A DNA stretch of 64,000 nucleotides from Azolla caroliniana (taxonomy: Eukaryota > Plantae > Polypodiophyta): contig JBHGNT010000020.1 of the NCBI GenBank assembly GCA_043228905.1, positions 6,572,001 through 6,636,000 of the forward strand, written 5' to 3'. Position 1 is the stretch's first letter, and each line of letters starts with the position of its first letter. Below, piece after piece: positions 52,937 through 64,000 of the stretch. The position numbers and the translations under genes were made by a program. Under the pieces are notes generated by a model. The model was not told the origin of the DNA and did no database searches. It saw only the letters and a program-made list of their open reading frames with translations.

Positions 52937-53290
52937 TGTTGAGCAGCAAGCTCAACCGAATCCGGATCGGCTGAATACGCCTGAGCCGGATCAACATCCA
53001 GAAGGATGAACCGGATCGGTGAGCCGGCGAGCTGGGGAGCCGGTTAGCCGGATCCAGCAGTAACCGGAAGCCTAGTAGCAGCCTAGACTACTAGGTAGTT
53101 AATGTCTCGTAGTTAGTGTTAGACGCTCATGTGAGCATTGAAGTACACCGTACTTCTGTCAGTCCTCTTAGGAATTGTATAAATAGTGCTATTGAGCACG
53201 TTGTATGTACAAAGAATTTTACAGAGTTGTTGATAATAGATTTAAGTTGTTCTGCTCTTTCTCTGTCTCTCTTGCGTACCTTATGTGTGT

Positions 53291-53339
<49 letters not shown>

Positions 53340-56300
53340 GCTATCCGGCTAAGCTAGTTGTCTAACGCTTCCGCACCTTCGTTTCTTACATGGTATCAGA
53401 GCGCGAGGGTTGAGAACCTCTGCAACCGACATCAACATCTGGAGACAAACCCTAAGACCTGGTAAGAACAGAAAAAGAAGTGATGGACAGAGGAATGGCT
53501 AGCTCGCTCCCGGTGGAGAAGCTCGACAGATCCAACTACGCATCTTGGTCATACAAGATGCACTAGTACCTGCTTGGGCATGGTTACTGGATCCATGTCG
53601 ACGGAGCTAACGACACAACACCTGATGCGACACACAAGGACTTCCCAGTGTGGGAACAAGCGGCAAGTAGAGTGATGTATTGCTTTGCGTCCAGTGTTGG
53701 AGACCAGCTACTGAGCCATGTTCGAGATGCCAAGACGCCAAAAGAATCTTGAGGAAACCTGAAGAAGGTTTTCGCGACAAGCACTACGGCCCGGAAGCTG
53801 CAACTCCGACAGGAGTTGAGCAATGTTCGAGAGAAGGACATGTCGGTAGCCGATTACACGGTCCGAATCAAAGAGATCTGTGACTCACTTGCCTCTATCA
53901 ACGTCACTGTAGAGGAAGATGAGATGGTGCAGATCTGTCTTGGGGGCCTAGCGTCTAAGTTCAGAGCGTTCTGAACGGTGGTATGTACAAGGGAGAATAC
54001 GCTGTCATTTTTCGACTTACAATCAATACTCCTTGTAGAGGAGAACCACGCCAGTGCGTCAACAAGTGCACCCATTGATAGCCGAATGCTGTACACGGAG
54101 GCAGATTGGCCATGTGGGCGTGGTGGACGAGGCGGGTCGGCTCGCAATGGTAGCGGCCGGCAAGAGCAGGACCGAAGGCACAAAGAACGTGCCGACAGCA
54201 GTTCCGGACCCTCCACAAGCAGGGGGAGTCAAGGCAACGCCGGAGGCTGGAAAGCAAAGGCCAACACGGAATGCTAGTACTGTGGTAAAAAGGGCCACAG
54301 AGAAAGCGAGTGTTGGAAGAAGCGCGCCGTTTTGGACAGATCTGGATCTGGCAAGGCCGGCAGAGAGAACCGACAATACTTGCACTATGCAGAAGGATCG
54401 GGAGGATCCAAAACCGGAAAAGCTGGTAAAGGGCCAACCTTGGTGATGAAACACGAGGCTAACTCAATGAAGAAGACCACTTCCAAATTGGAGGAAGTGT
54501 GGTACGTTGATTCCGGTGCGTCGAATCACATGACGAGCCACAAAGAGTGGTTCTCTTTCTTGGAGAAACCGGAACAACCGGGAGTTGTCGAAACCGGAGA
54601 CGACACTCCTCACCCAATTGTGCATGTCGGAGAAGTCCCTTTGAGCCACGTCAGACAAAGGGGGAAGCTGATGAATGTATTACACGTTCCGACTATCACG
54701 AAGAACCTGGTGTCAGTCGGTCAGATAGTTGACTAGGGGATGCAGGTGCGGTTTACGCACCTTGGGTGCTTCATCGAGGAAGAGGGCCAGATTATTGCGC
54801 AAGGGCGCAGAGATGGGAGGATGTTCATCCTCGACACCAATGACGTCGGCACCGCTTTGTTCGCCAAAGGATAGAAGATTGAATCGGATATTGATCTTTG
54901 GCACAAGCAGATCGACCACGTCAATTACTAGAGGCTTCAAGACCTGCAAACGAAACAAGTTATTTTTGGTTTGCCGAAGTTCAGTGGCCGGAAGGTTCAA
55001 ATATGTGAAGCCTGCCAACTCGGGAAGCAACACCGGCTTCCATTTCCCAGCGAACGAAATCGTAGCCGTAACAAGCTCGACCTTATTCATTCGGATGTAT
55101 GGGGACCGACACAAAACGTTAGTCTTGGCGGGAGTTGATACTTCGTCTCCTTCATTAACGACTATAGCTGGCACACATGGATCTACCTCATTTGGCGGAA
55201 GGAAGAACTCTTCGAGTGTTTCTGGAACCTGCAAAGCTTGGTTGAACGGGAAACGGAGAGGAAGATCAAGTGGCTGCGGTTGGATGGCGGAAAAGAATAT
55301 TTTTCCGGCCAATTCAACAGTTATCTGCAACAAAAAGGAATTCGGAGAGAGTTCAGCTACAGATACACACTGGAGCAAAATGGTGTGGCCAGGAAGAACC
55401 GGTCAATTATCGACGCGGTAAGGGCGATGCTGGAGGAGAAGAGCATGCCCAAATTCTACTGGGCTGAGGCAGTCCGGACGGCCGTTTATATCCAAAACCG
55501 GATCGATGGCAAGGTGTCTGCGCATGAGTTGTATTTCGGGCGCAAGCTGATGTTACCCGGACAAGTGGGGAAGTGTCGGAGTTGGAAATGAAGAAGGTTC
55601 GGAGTCAGATTGGTATAGAGGATCGATGAGTCAGCATCTGGCCGAAGTAAATTAAAATTGAAATTATAAGTTAGTTGACGATTTTGTAGTTCTTGCCATG
55701 GTTGGCAATATGTTTTCTTGATGAGGAAGTCCTTCCGGTTTCCTATAAAAAGAACCGAAGGCAGTGTAAAGATCAATCGTTTTATTTAGTAATATAAAGT
55801 TAGTGTTAGGAAATCTCTGTGTATGAAATGCTCTGTCGATCTATTTCATTTCTGTTATAACTTATTACGTAAATAGCGATCTCGATGACCGTTGAACATC
55901 GATAAGTTTACAACCATTTTTAGTATCTATTCGTCTAAACCACAATTCATTGATAGAACGTTCGGTGAGCAACGTTTGACCTATACTGTGTCGGCAATAG
56001 TTATTGTCAACCGAACAACACAGTATAATTTTGGCATGCCCGGTGGGACCGAACAACAACCGAATTTGAGACACTTTCGGATATTCGGTAGCATTGCATA
56101 TGTGCATGTGCCGGATGAGAAGCGGAGGAAGTTGGATGCAAAGTCGGAGAAATGCATCCTGGTCGGTTACTCGCATTAGCAAAAGGGGTATAAGTGTTAT
56201 TACCCTCGGACGAAGCAAGTCTGAGTTAGCCGAGATGTTGAGTTTGATGAGACGACATCATGGTATGCCTTACCGGCTCTGACTTCCGACCCCGACCCGA

Positions 56301-59300
56301 TACCGGAGGATGAGGCTAGTGAGCATGAACCGGTCCAATTAGAAGAAGAAGGGTTCGAGACTCTAGATGTGAGTCCGGAATCGTTTCGGTCGAGTGGACC
56401 GAATGAGCGGCTGAGTCAGGATGACTAGTCGGATGAGGAACCGACGAGTAGTGGAGACTCTGCTGTGCTCTCCTCGCGCAAGGAACCGAGGAGACGGTTC
56501 ATGCGCAAAGAGAAGGGGAAGAAGAAGATGCCAGAATACGAAACTAGCAACGTTGAGTTGGATCGGCGCGAATCCGACTCCGGAAAGGTTGAAGGTGGAT
56601 CTTCGGGAACAAAGTCCGAACCAGCCAAGAAGGACCTCAAACTGGGTAACGATAAGTTACGCCGGTCTTCATGCCAAAAGAACCCCATGAAACGGTACGG
56701 GTACAATAAGTACATGGCGCATCATTATGCGTACATGACCAAAGTGGCGGAAGTGTGTGAGTTGGAGAGCTACGTCAGAAGCGGCAAAGGACGCAAACTG
56801 GCGTACCGCTATGGAGGAAGAAATGCGGGCACTTGATGCCAATGACACATGGGACCTAGTTGACCCTCCCCGACACTGCAAAACGATCGGATGTAAATGG
56901 GTGTACAAGGTAAAGTACAATGCTGACGGTTCGATTAACTGGTACAAGGCCAGGTTAGTGGCGAAGGGATACGCGTAGACCCACAGAATCGACTACGACG
57001 AGACCTTCGCTTCGGTAGCGAAGATGACGACGGTTTGTGTGGTGCTGGCGGTTGCTGCGGCAAGCGGGTGGCATCTTCACCAGATGGACGTGAAGAATGC
57101 ATTTCTTCAAGGCGATCTTGAAGAAGAAGTCTTTATGACCCAACCCCTCGGTTTCCAGTCGGAGATGAACAAGTCGGTTGTATGCCGGTTGAAGAAGTCA
57201 CTTTATGGCCTGAAGTAAGCCCCCCGAGCTTGGAATGCGAAGATCACACACCAGTTGCGTAAGTTGGGGTTTGCGGCCTCCAAGTCCAACTCTTCGTTGT
57301 TCATCCGGCAAGGTCCAGACGGTTCAGTTTGCATCTTGCTGTATGTTGATGATCTAGTCATCACCAGACCCGGATTCGATGAAATCAGCCGAGTCAAGTC
57401 CCAGTTGTCGGACACATTTGAGATGAAGGACCTGGGGGACCTTCACTATTTTCTTGGGATCGAGGTGATCCGAACCCTCAACGGCATATTGCTCTCACAA
57501 AGACACTATGTGTTGAATACGATGTACAAGTTCGGCATGACGGAATGCCGACCAATCTCCACACCCCTGGACCGAAACCAGAAGCTCTGTCCTGACTCCG
57601 GACCAGCATGCAATGAGAAGCAGTTCCGACAAATCGTCGGAAGCCTTATATATTTGACAATCACCTAACCCGACATCAGTTATCCGATCGGCGTGATCAG
57701 CCAATATATGGAGATGCCGACCGTGGAGCACCTTCTGTGCGCGCATCGAATTTTGCGATATGTGAGTGGCACGAAGGAATGGGGACTGTTATACCGGCAT
57801 GGTATAACCGAAGAGCTAGTCAGCTACATCGATGCTGACTGGCCGGTGATGCATCGGATCCCCGAACCACCTCCGGCTATATGTTCTCCCTTGGTTGCGC
57901 GGCTATTGCGTGGAGTAGCAAAAAGCAGCCAATAGTGGCCCTTTTGAGCATTGAGGCTGAATACCGGGGTGCTACCGTTGCCACCTGTGAAGCCATTTGG
58001 CTTCGGTGACTGCTGCAAGACTTGCGGATCGAGGTGCCGACCCCGATCTTGGTCTACTGCGACAACATAAGCAGCATGCAATTCGCCGAAAACACCGTAT
58101 TCCATGTTCGCACAAAGCACATAGAAGTGTACTACCACTTCGTGCGTGAGCGTGTCCTGAGCGGTGAAGTTAAACTTTAGTATGTTCATATGGATCGGCA
58201 AGTTGCCGACATCTTCACCAAACCGCTCGGATCGGACAAGTTGCAGCACTTCACCGAAATGCTTGGTGTTCAACATCTCGACATGCCACACTTGAGGGGG
58301 AGAACGGGCAAAGACACCGGAATGGGCAAAGGCAAAGATACTGCCAATTGCGCCGGTGAGGGAAGAACCGACAAAGGGAGAGAAATGAAGAAGAAAGTTG
58401 ACACATCTGAACAAGTCGGAACAAGCGGCAGTGGCGGCAGAGTCAAGAAGGACAGAGCCGACCGGAAGAAGAAGGCCAAGACCCGGACATGGTCCGATGT
58501 GGTGAAGGGCTTGGAACCGGAAGACGAATCGGGAGTGACCGATTCAGACAAGAGCTGGAATGAATAAGAGACAACCGATTCGGTTCAACAGACGGATTCA
58601 GAAGAACTGGATCAATTCAAGGTCAAGAGGACGAGAAGGCAGCGAAAGTCGATGCCAACACAAAGGAATCGGCGAATCGGCAAACACCGAAGTCATAGCA
58701 ACGAGGGAACTAAATTGGGCCTGTTGAGCAAAGACGCCGACCGAGGAGGTCGAGGTGTGCAGAATCAGAAGGGTTGCGGCAAACGGGACCTGACCGGACG
58801 AGGAGCGCGAGCGAGGCGGAGTGACGCCAGAAGGATCCGGGTGGAAGGACTGGCTGCCATGGAGACTGACACTACGATCCGACCTCAAGTTGAGCTTGAG
58901 GGGGAGTGTTGAGCGGCAAGCTCAACCGGATCTGTATTGGCTGAATAAGCCTGAGCCGGATCGACATCCAGAAGGATGAGCCATTTCGGTGAGCTGGGGA
59001 GCTGGGGAGCCGGTTAGCCGGATCCTACAGTAACCGGAAGCCTAGTAGCAGCCTAGACTACTAGGTAGTTATTGTCTCGTAGTTAGTGTCAAACGCTCGT
59101 GTGAGCGTTGAAGTACACCGTACTTCTGTCAGTCCTCTTAGGACTTGTATAAATAGTGATGTTGAGCACGTTGTATGTACAAAGAATTTTACGAAGTTGT
59201 TGATAATAGATTTAAGTTGTTCTGCTCTTTCTCCGTCTCTCATGCGTACCTTTTGTGTGTTAATCTCTCTCTCTCCTGTGTACCTTTTGTGTGTTAATCT

Positions 59301-59374
59301 CTCTCTCTCTCTCTCTCTCTGTTGCTATCCAGCTAAGCTGGTTGTCTAACGCTTCCGCACCTTCGTTTCTTACA
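52937..59374 (+). mobile_element. Full-length decayed Ty1/Copia (family A, copy 3)
   Basis: LTRs at 52937-53390 and 58907-59374. Perfect TSD TAACT. PBS TGGTATCAGAGC at 53391-53402 and PPT at 58898-58906. Motifs [45 protein letters not shown]; many stops. Confidence 0.93.
55551..56058 (+). mobile_element. Gypsy-type LTR plus PBS with a duplicated LTR tip, inserted in the Copia A3 integrase
   Basis: TGTTACC...ACCGAACAACA (55551-56020), spacer CAGTATAATTT, PBS TGGCATGCCCGGTGGGAC (56032-56049), ACCGAACAACA again (56048-56058). Flanks GCTGA/ACCGA; the host site is GCCGA in copy A2. Confidence 0.75.
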
Positions 59375-59800
59375 TAACTACATCAGCTAATGGCTAGTTA
59401 ATTAGTTACATTAGCTTGTGGTCATAGCTAAATAGCTACATTATGTAGTGACAATAGCAAAATAGCTACATCAACTAGTGGCCATAGCTGATTAGCTACA
59501 TCAGATAGGGGCCATAGCTAAATATGTATATCAGCTAGTGGCCATAGCTGATTAGCTATATCAGCTAGTGGCCATAGCTAAATAGCTACATAAGTTAGCT
59601 ACTCCAGCTTTGTGGTCATAGCTAAATAGTTACATCATGTAGTGGCCATAGGTAATTAGCTACATTAGTCATTGGCCATAGGTAATTAGCAACATCATCA
59701 TGTGGGCATAGCTAATTAGCTACATTAGAGAGTTGCAATAGCTAATTAGCCAAATTAGAAAGTCGCCATAACTAAATAGCTAAATCAGGTAGTGGTCATT
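59375..59800. repeat. 30-bp satellite, right half
   Basis: Same CATAGCTAAATAGCTACATC... unit as 52460-52936. Confidence 0.88.
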
Positions 59801-60055
59801 GTGACATGAACTACCAATCGTAACTAATTAGTTACAAATAACTAATAAGATACCCTTCCTATTACGTAGGTTGATTTATTTATTAGGTTTAAGCGAATGC
59901 ATCCAACAATCAAAGTTCAACTACGAACATTCGAGTATCTTAAACCATGATTTGTGAAACGCTTGAAGGACGATTCACATGTTGTTGAATTTACCACGTA
60001 CAAATGGGTTTTCTCAAAGATTCTAATAATCTACTCCGTCACCATAGCTCCTCAC

Positions 60056-61599
60056 TGTCGAATTCACACCGTCCCTTTGGATAGTCTAGGTTTAGGACAT
60101 CTTTGTGTGCCTCTCGCTCTCTCTCTCCCATTCTACTTTGAGATCGTGCTTTAATCTTGTGAACTTGGTGATCTTCATCTCAAAATGTTGTTGATGTTCC
60201 ACACTGATGGCCTCAGTTCCTAACATCTGGTATCAGAGCAGAGGTTCTTCAACTCGCTGCCAACTATCATCAACCTTCTATAGCATTCTTGCTTTGTTTC
60301 CCTTGAAGAACCTGAGTTCAAGATCTCCTTTGGAGAGGAGAAAGAAAACTGAAGATTCGCACTCTGCTTCGCTAGATCACTCTTAAGGTAAGCCAATTGA
60401 CTGTACCTTGCATTTGTGATTGGAGCCACTGGGGAGTGGAATCTCCATCAAATCGGCCTTTGAGATTGTGCTTTACCAAGGTAGACACAATCTATTTGCT
60501 TGTCGTAATTTCTCAAAGAAGATCTTGTCCTAGGAACAACCCCTATCCCTGCTTCATTCGACTATTTGGGAGGATCGGTCGGTTCTGTCCCTCTCATCGT
60601 CGTAGTCATTCGAAGCAGGATTGGCTTGGATAACTAGCATATAATCTGTGATTGGTATTGTCTTGAAATCAGCATTCGAAATCCGATTGCCTAATCGGTG
60701 CATTCATGTTCAATTTGGCTAAGTCAATCGTCTGTAACCACTCTGGACAGAATCTGCCAATAAGTCGACATCGATTCGACTCGTGTTCGAATCCGACTAA
60801 AACAATATCGGGTGAGCCAATCGGCTGCATCCCACCACCATTTGTAGTCAACTCCGAACAGAGTCTAACAAGCCGACACAGATGACATCAACATTTGGCT
60901 CATCAGAGATGAGTCTAAGGAAGTTTGACGGATCAAACTTCAACTTCTAGGAACAGATACAAGACTATTTGATAGTAAAGGGGCAAATCGACCCCATCGA
61001 AACTGAAAATGCTCCAGAAGGATACAAACCGAACGAATGGCAGAAGCTGGACAAAATTGTCCGCACCACAATTCGGATGCACTTGTCGGAGTCAGTGTAC
61101 ATCACAATGCAATGGTGTTCAACAACCTTTCAACTATGGAAGACATTGTTGGACACTTATGAGAAGAAGGTTGCCTCCACAAAGATATATTTGGTTCGGC
61201 GTCTCTACAACCTGTGGATGAAAGAATTCGACTCAGTCCAGGCACACCTGAATGAGTATGAAAGTTTAAGCTCCCAGATTTTGGCTCAGGGGACGACAAC
61301 AAGATGAACTGAGAGCAATGTTGCTCATGAGTAGTCTTCCCCCGTCATGGGAAACTTTCGTCACAATTGTGTGCAATGCTTCAACTACTACTGTGAAGTA
61401 CTCCGAAGTTACGAGCGCAATACTAACTAAAGCAGCTCAGAGGAAATCATTTGCCAAAGATTCGACAAATGAAGCTTATGTAGTACAAGGTTCAACCGAA
61501 CGATTGAACAGTCGAGGAAGAAGTTCTTCCCGACAACCGAACAATCAACGAGGTCAGAGCAAGTCTCGAACAACCGAATATGCAACTTCTGCAAGAAAC
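60056..61599 (+). mobile_element. 5' part of an older Copia related to family C (short LTR, PBS, leader, gag), interrupted by Copia B2
   Basis: Putative LTR TGTCGAA...CTAACA at 60056-60225 (left edge tentative). PBS at 60228-60239. Gag from 60882 is homologous to 14542 onward (IVKGQIDPIE, SSLPPSWETFVT) and is cut at CNFCKK. Confidence 0.8.
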
Positions 61600-64000
61600 T
61601 AAAGAGAATAGCACGGAATATTGCTCGGCCACAACCGAGTCTTGAATCACTTCGTTTAAGGATCAAACACAGAAATGAGAATAGAGATGAATACACGTAC
61701 ACAAAAAGAGAGTACACAGGATGTTTACGTGGAAAATCCTAAATGGGAAAAAACCACGGGCACCCACAGACTCCAAACTAACACTATATGAGAAAGGTAT
61801 AGTCAGAGACTCGGAGGCAACGACCTCGAGCTCAGTTTATTCGCCAAGCGGCAGCTACAACAGAATATCACTCTGTATCTCCTCTCTCGCTCTGTTATGC
61901 ACATGCAACAATATGACAACCACCACCTCCGATCCGGTTTCCGGATCTCTTCCAGTTCTCACCAGGTCCATCCGGTTCTCATCGGGTCCACTTCATTCAT
62001 AACCGGATCCCATCCGGAGGGACCGATTTCCCAAAAATCTCATCCTTCACTCCGGCATGGAATGTCTCGTCAGCCCGATCCGCTTTCGGCACGCGTCCAG
62101 CTTGTCGGTTGTCAACACCTTGGTCAACATATTTGACCCGTTCTCCTCCATGTGGATCTTTGTCAGCACAAACTCTTGATCTTCTACTCTCTCCCGGATC
62201 CAGTGGTACCTCCGCTGGATATGTTTCGTTCGAGAATGGTAAGCCGTGTTCTTTGCAAGGTGGATGGAACTTTGACTATTGTAGTAAAGCCGATATTCCT
62301 CTTGTTGGATCCCTAGCTCTCTGATGAAGTCCTTCATCCAGATTATCTCCTTGCTAGCTTCCACAACTGCCATGTACTCTGCCTCCGTGGTTGACAATGC
62401 AATCGTCTTTTGCAACCTCGACTGCCACGAAACAACTCCCCCTGCATAAGTCATGACACATTCGGATGTAGACCAGCTGGTATCTGCATCAGCCGACATA
62501 TCTGAATCGGTGAATCCATCAAGTTGGGCATTACCAGAGCCGAACCGGAGGCACATACTTGAGGTGCCTTTCAGATACTGGAGTATCCACTTGACCACGT
62601 TCCAGTGCTCTCTTCCGGGATTGCTCATGAATCGACTGACTACTCCTACAATGTAACCAATGTCCGGCCGGGTACACACCATCCCATACATCAAGATCCT
62701 GACGACAGAGTCATATGGTATCTTCATCATATCCATCTTCTCCTCCTTTGTCCTCGGGCTCTACTTTCCAGACAACTTGCAATTTGCCGGAAGTGTCGAC
62801 CTGACCGGTTTCGCCTCCGACATGTTGAACCGTTGAAGCACCTTTGTCACGTACTTCTCAACCAGTTCCGGATGATGTGCATTCCCAATATCTGTCTTGC
62901 CGGACCCAAGTCTTTCATTGAAAAGGTCCGGTTCAAAGCCTTCTTCAGCATTCGAATCTTGCCTTGGTCTCGTCCGAAAATCACCATATTATCCACATAT
63001 AGGAGAAGTATCAGGAAATCTCCTCCGTCAAATTTCTTCACAAACACGCAACGATCGGCTTGTGTCTTGTGGTACCCTTGGTCGGTCATGAAGGAGTCGA
63101 ACTTCCGGTACCATTGCCGGGGAGCTTGCTTCAATCCGTATAAGATCTTCTTCAGCCGGCACACCAGGTGCTCCTTCCCTTTCTTCCCAAATCCTTTCGG
63201 TTGATGCATGTGGATCTCTTCTTCAAGGTCGCCATGTAGGAATGCCGTCTTGACATCCAGTTTCTCTACCTCGAGGTCCATGCTTGCCGCTATGCCAATA
63301 CCGTCTAGATGGATGTCATCTTTACTACCGGGGCAAAGACGATCCGGGCTTTGTGACTTGGTGGATTTCCGGCGTCTCCTGGTTTCAGCTTGTACACCCA
63401 CTTGTTCCGGAGTGCTCTCTTCCCTTTCGCCAACTCCATCAGTTCATATGTGTAGTTCTCATGGAGGGAGTCCATCTCATCCTGCATGACAATCAACCAC
63501 TTGCGGTTGTGGGTGTCTGTCTTTGCTTCTTCGAAGCTTTCCGGCTCCCCGTCATCGATTAGCAACACATGCTATGCATCCGGAAATCTCTGGGGGGCTC
63601 TTCTCTCTCAGAGAGGATATCTCCGTCCCTGGTTTCTGACTGCCTGTTCCTTCGTTTGTTCCTCATTCTCATCCGATTTGGGATCTTGTCCGGTTCTGGG
63701 GTCTTCTTCTTCTTCGGTCGGCCCGGTTTCTTGTCCGTATCCGGCCGGTTCGTCCAATGTCATCTGGTTACTGGCCAACATCCGGTTTTCAACCGGGTAA
63801 GTCCTTGTGTCCTTAAGCCAGTTTTCATTGGATGATCTGGAGTTCATCACCTTCGTCTCTGACTCCCAGTTGGCAATAGTCTTGTCTTCCATGAAGACTA
63901 TGTCTCGACTCCGGAACACCTTCTTGTCGACCAGATCCCACACCCGATAACTGAACTCATCATCCCCGTATCCAAGGAATATGCATGTTTGGGACTTCGG
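61600..64000 (-). mobile_element. Ty1/Copia family B, copy 2: 3' LTR, RNase H, RT and end of integrase; runs off the window
   Basis: LTR at about 61600-62036 is homologous to 47652-48262. Minus-strand motifs KHIQRRYHWIRE, FTDSDMSAD, LDVKTAFLHG, GEPESFEEA, WDLVDKKVFRSRDIVF. Confidence 0.88.

Larger units (their letters stand above)
47535..60055 (+). pseudogene. Fragmented, intron-containing ORF resembling a DNA transposase (possibly Sola-like): pieces 47535-47651, 51838-52359 and 59870-60055
   Basis: In frame across the Copia TSD (ERRI/VDYF). Motifs FWTNASRVSPNKKD..RK...YEEH..LLDVP, GT donor at 52360, AG acceptor at 59868-59869, then VDLFIRFK.MHP.IKV..RTFEYLKP*FVKRLKD..TCC*IYHVQM. Confidence 0.5.

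Overview
Eukaryotic land-plant nuclear DNA; a fern or other non-seed plant is suggested by the Tcn1-like chromovirus pieces (inference only). One host gene, a 10-exon type I inositol-polyphosphate 5-phosphatase (+, 31457-35751, about 515 aa), sits in an AT- and microsatellite-rich island of about 21 kb between two blocks of nested LTR retrotransposons. The left block (1-25.8 kb) holds a chromovirus 3' end with a minisatellite, a decayed Copia (family A) carrying a full-length non-chromovirus Gypsy with a long extra ORF, a very young Copia with a single stop codon, and a second family-A Copia carrying a solo LTR. The right block (47.4-64 kb) holds four more Copia elements. Removing them in silico reassembles a spliced, decayed ORF resembling a DNA transposase (possibly Sola-like), whose intron is a 30-bp satellite. 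Other oddities are an LTR+PBS-only insertion, a solo LTR with a 4-bp TSD, an integrase-less Copia, a fold-back templated insertion and duplicated PPTs. All coordinates were read by eye and family assignments need database confirmation.
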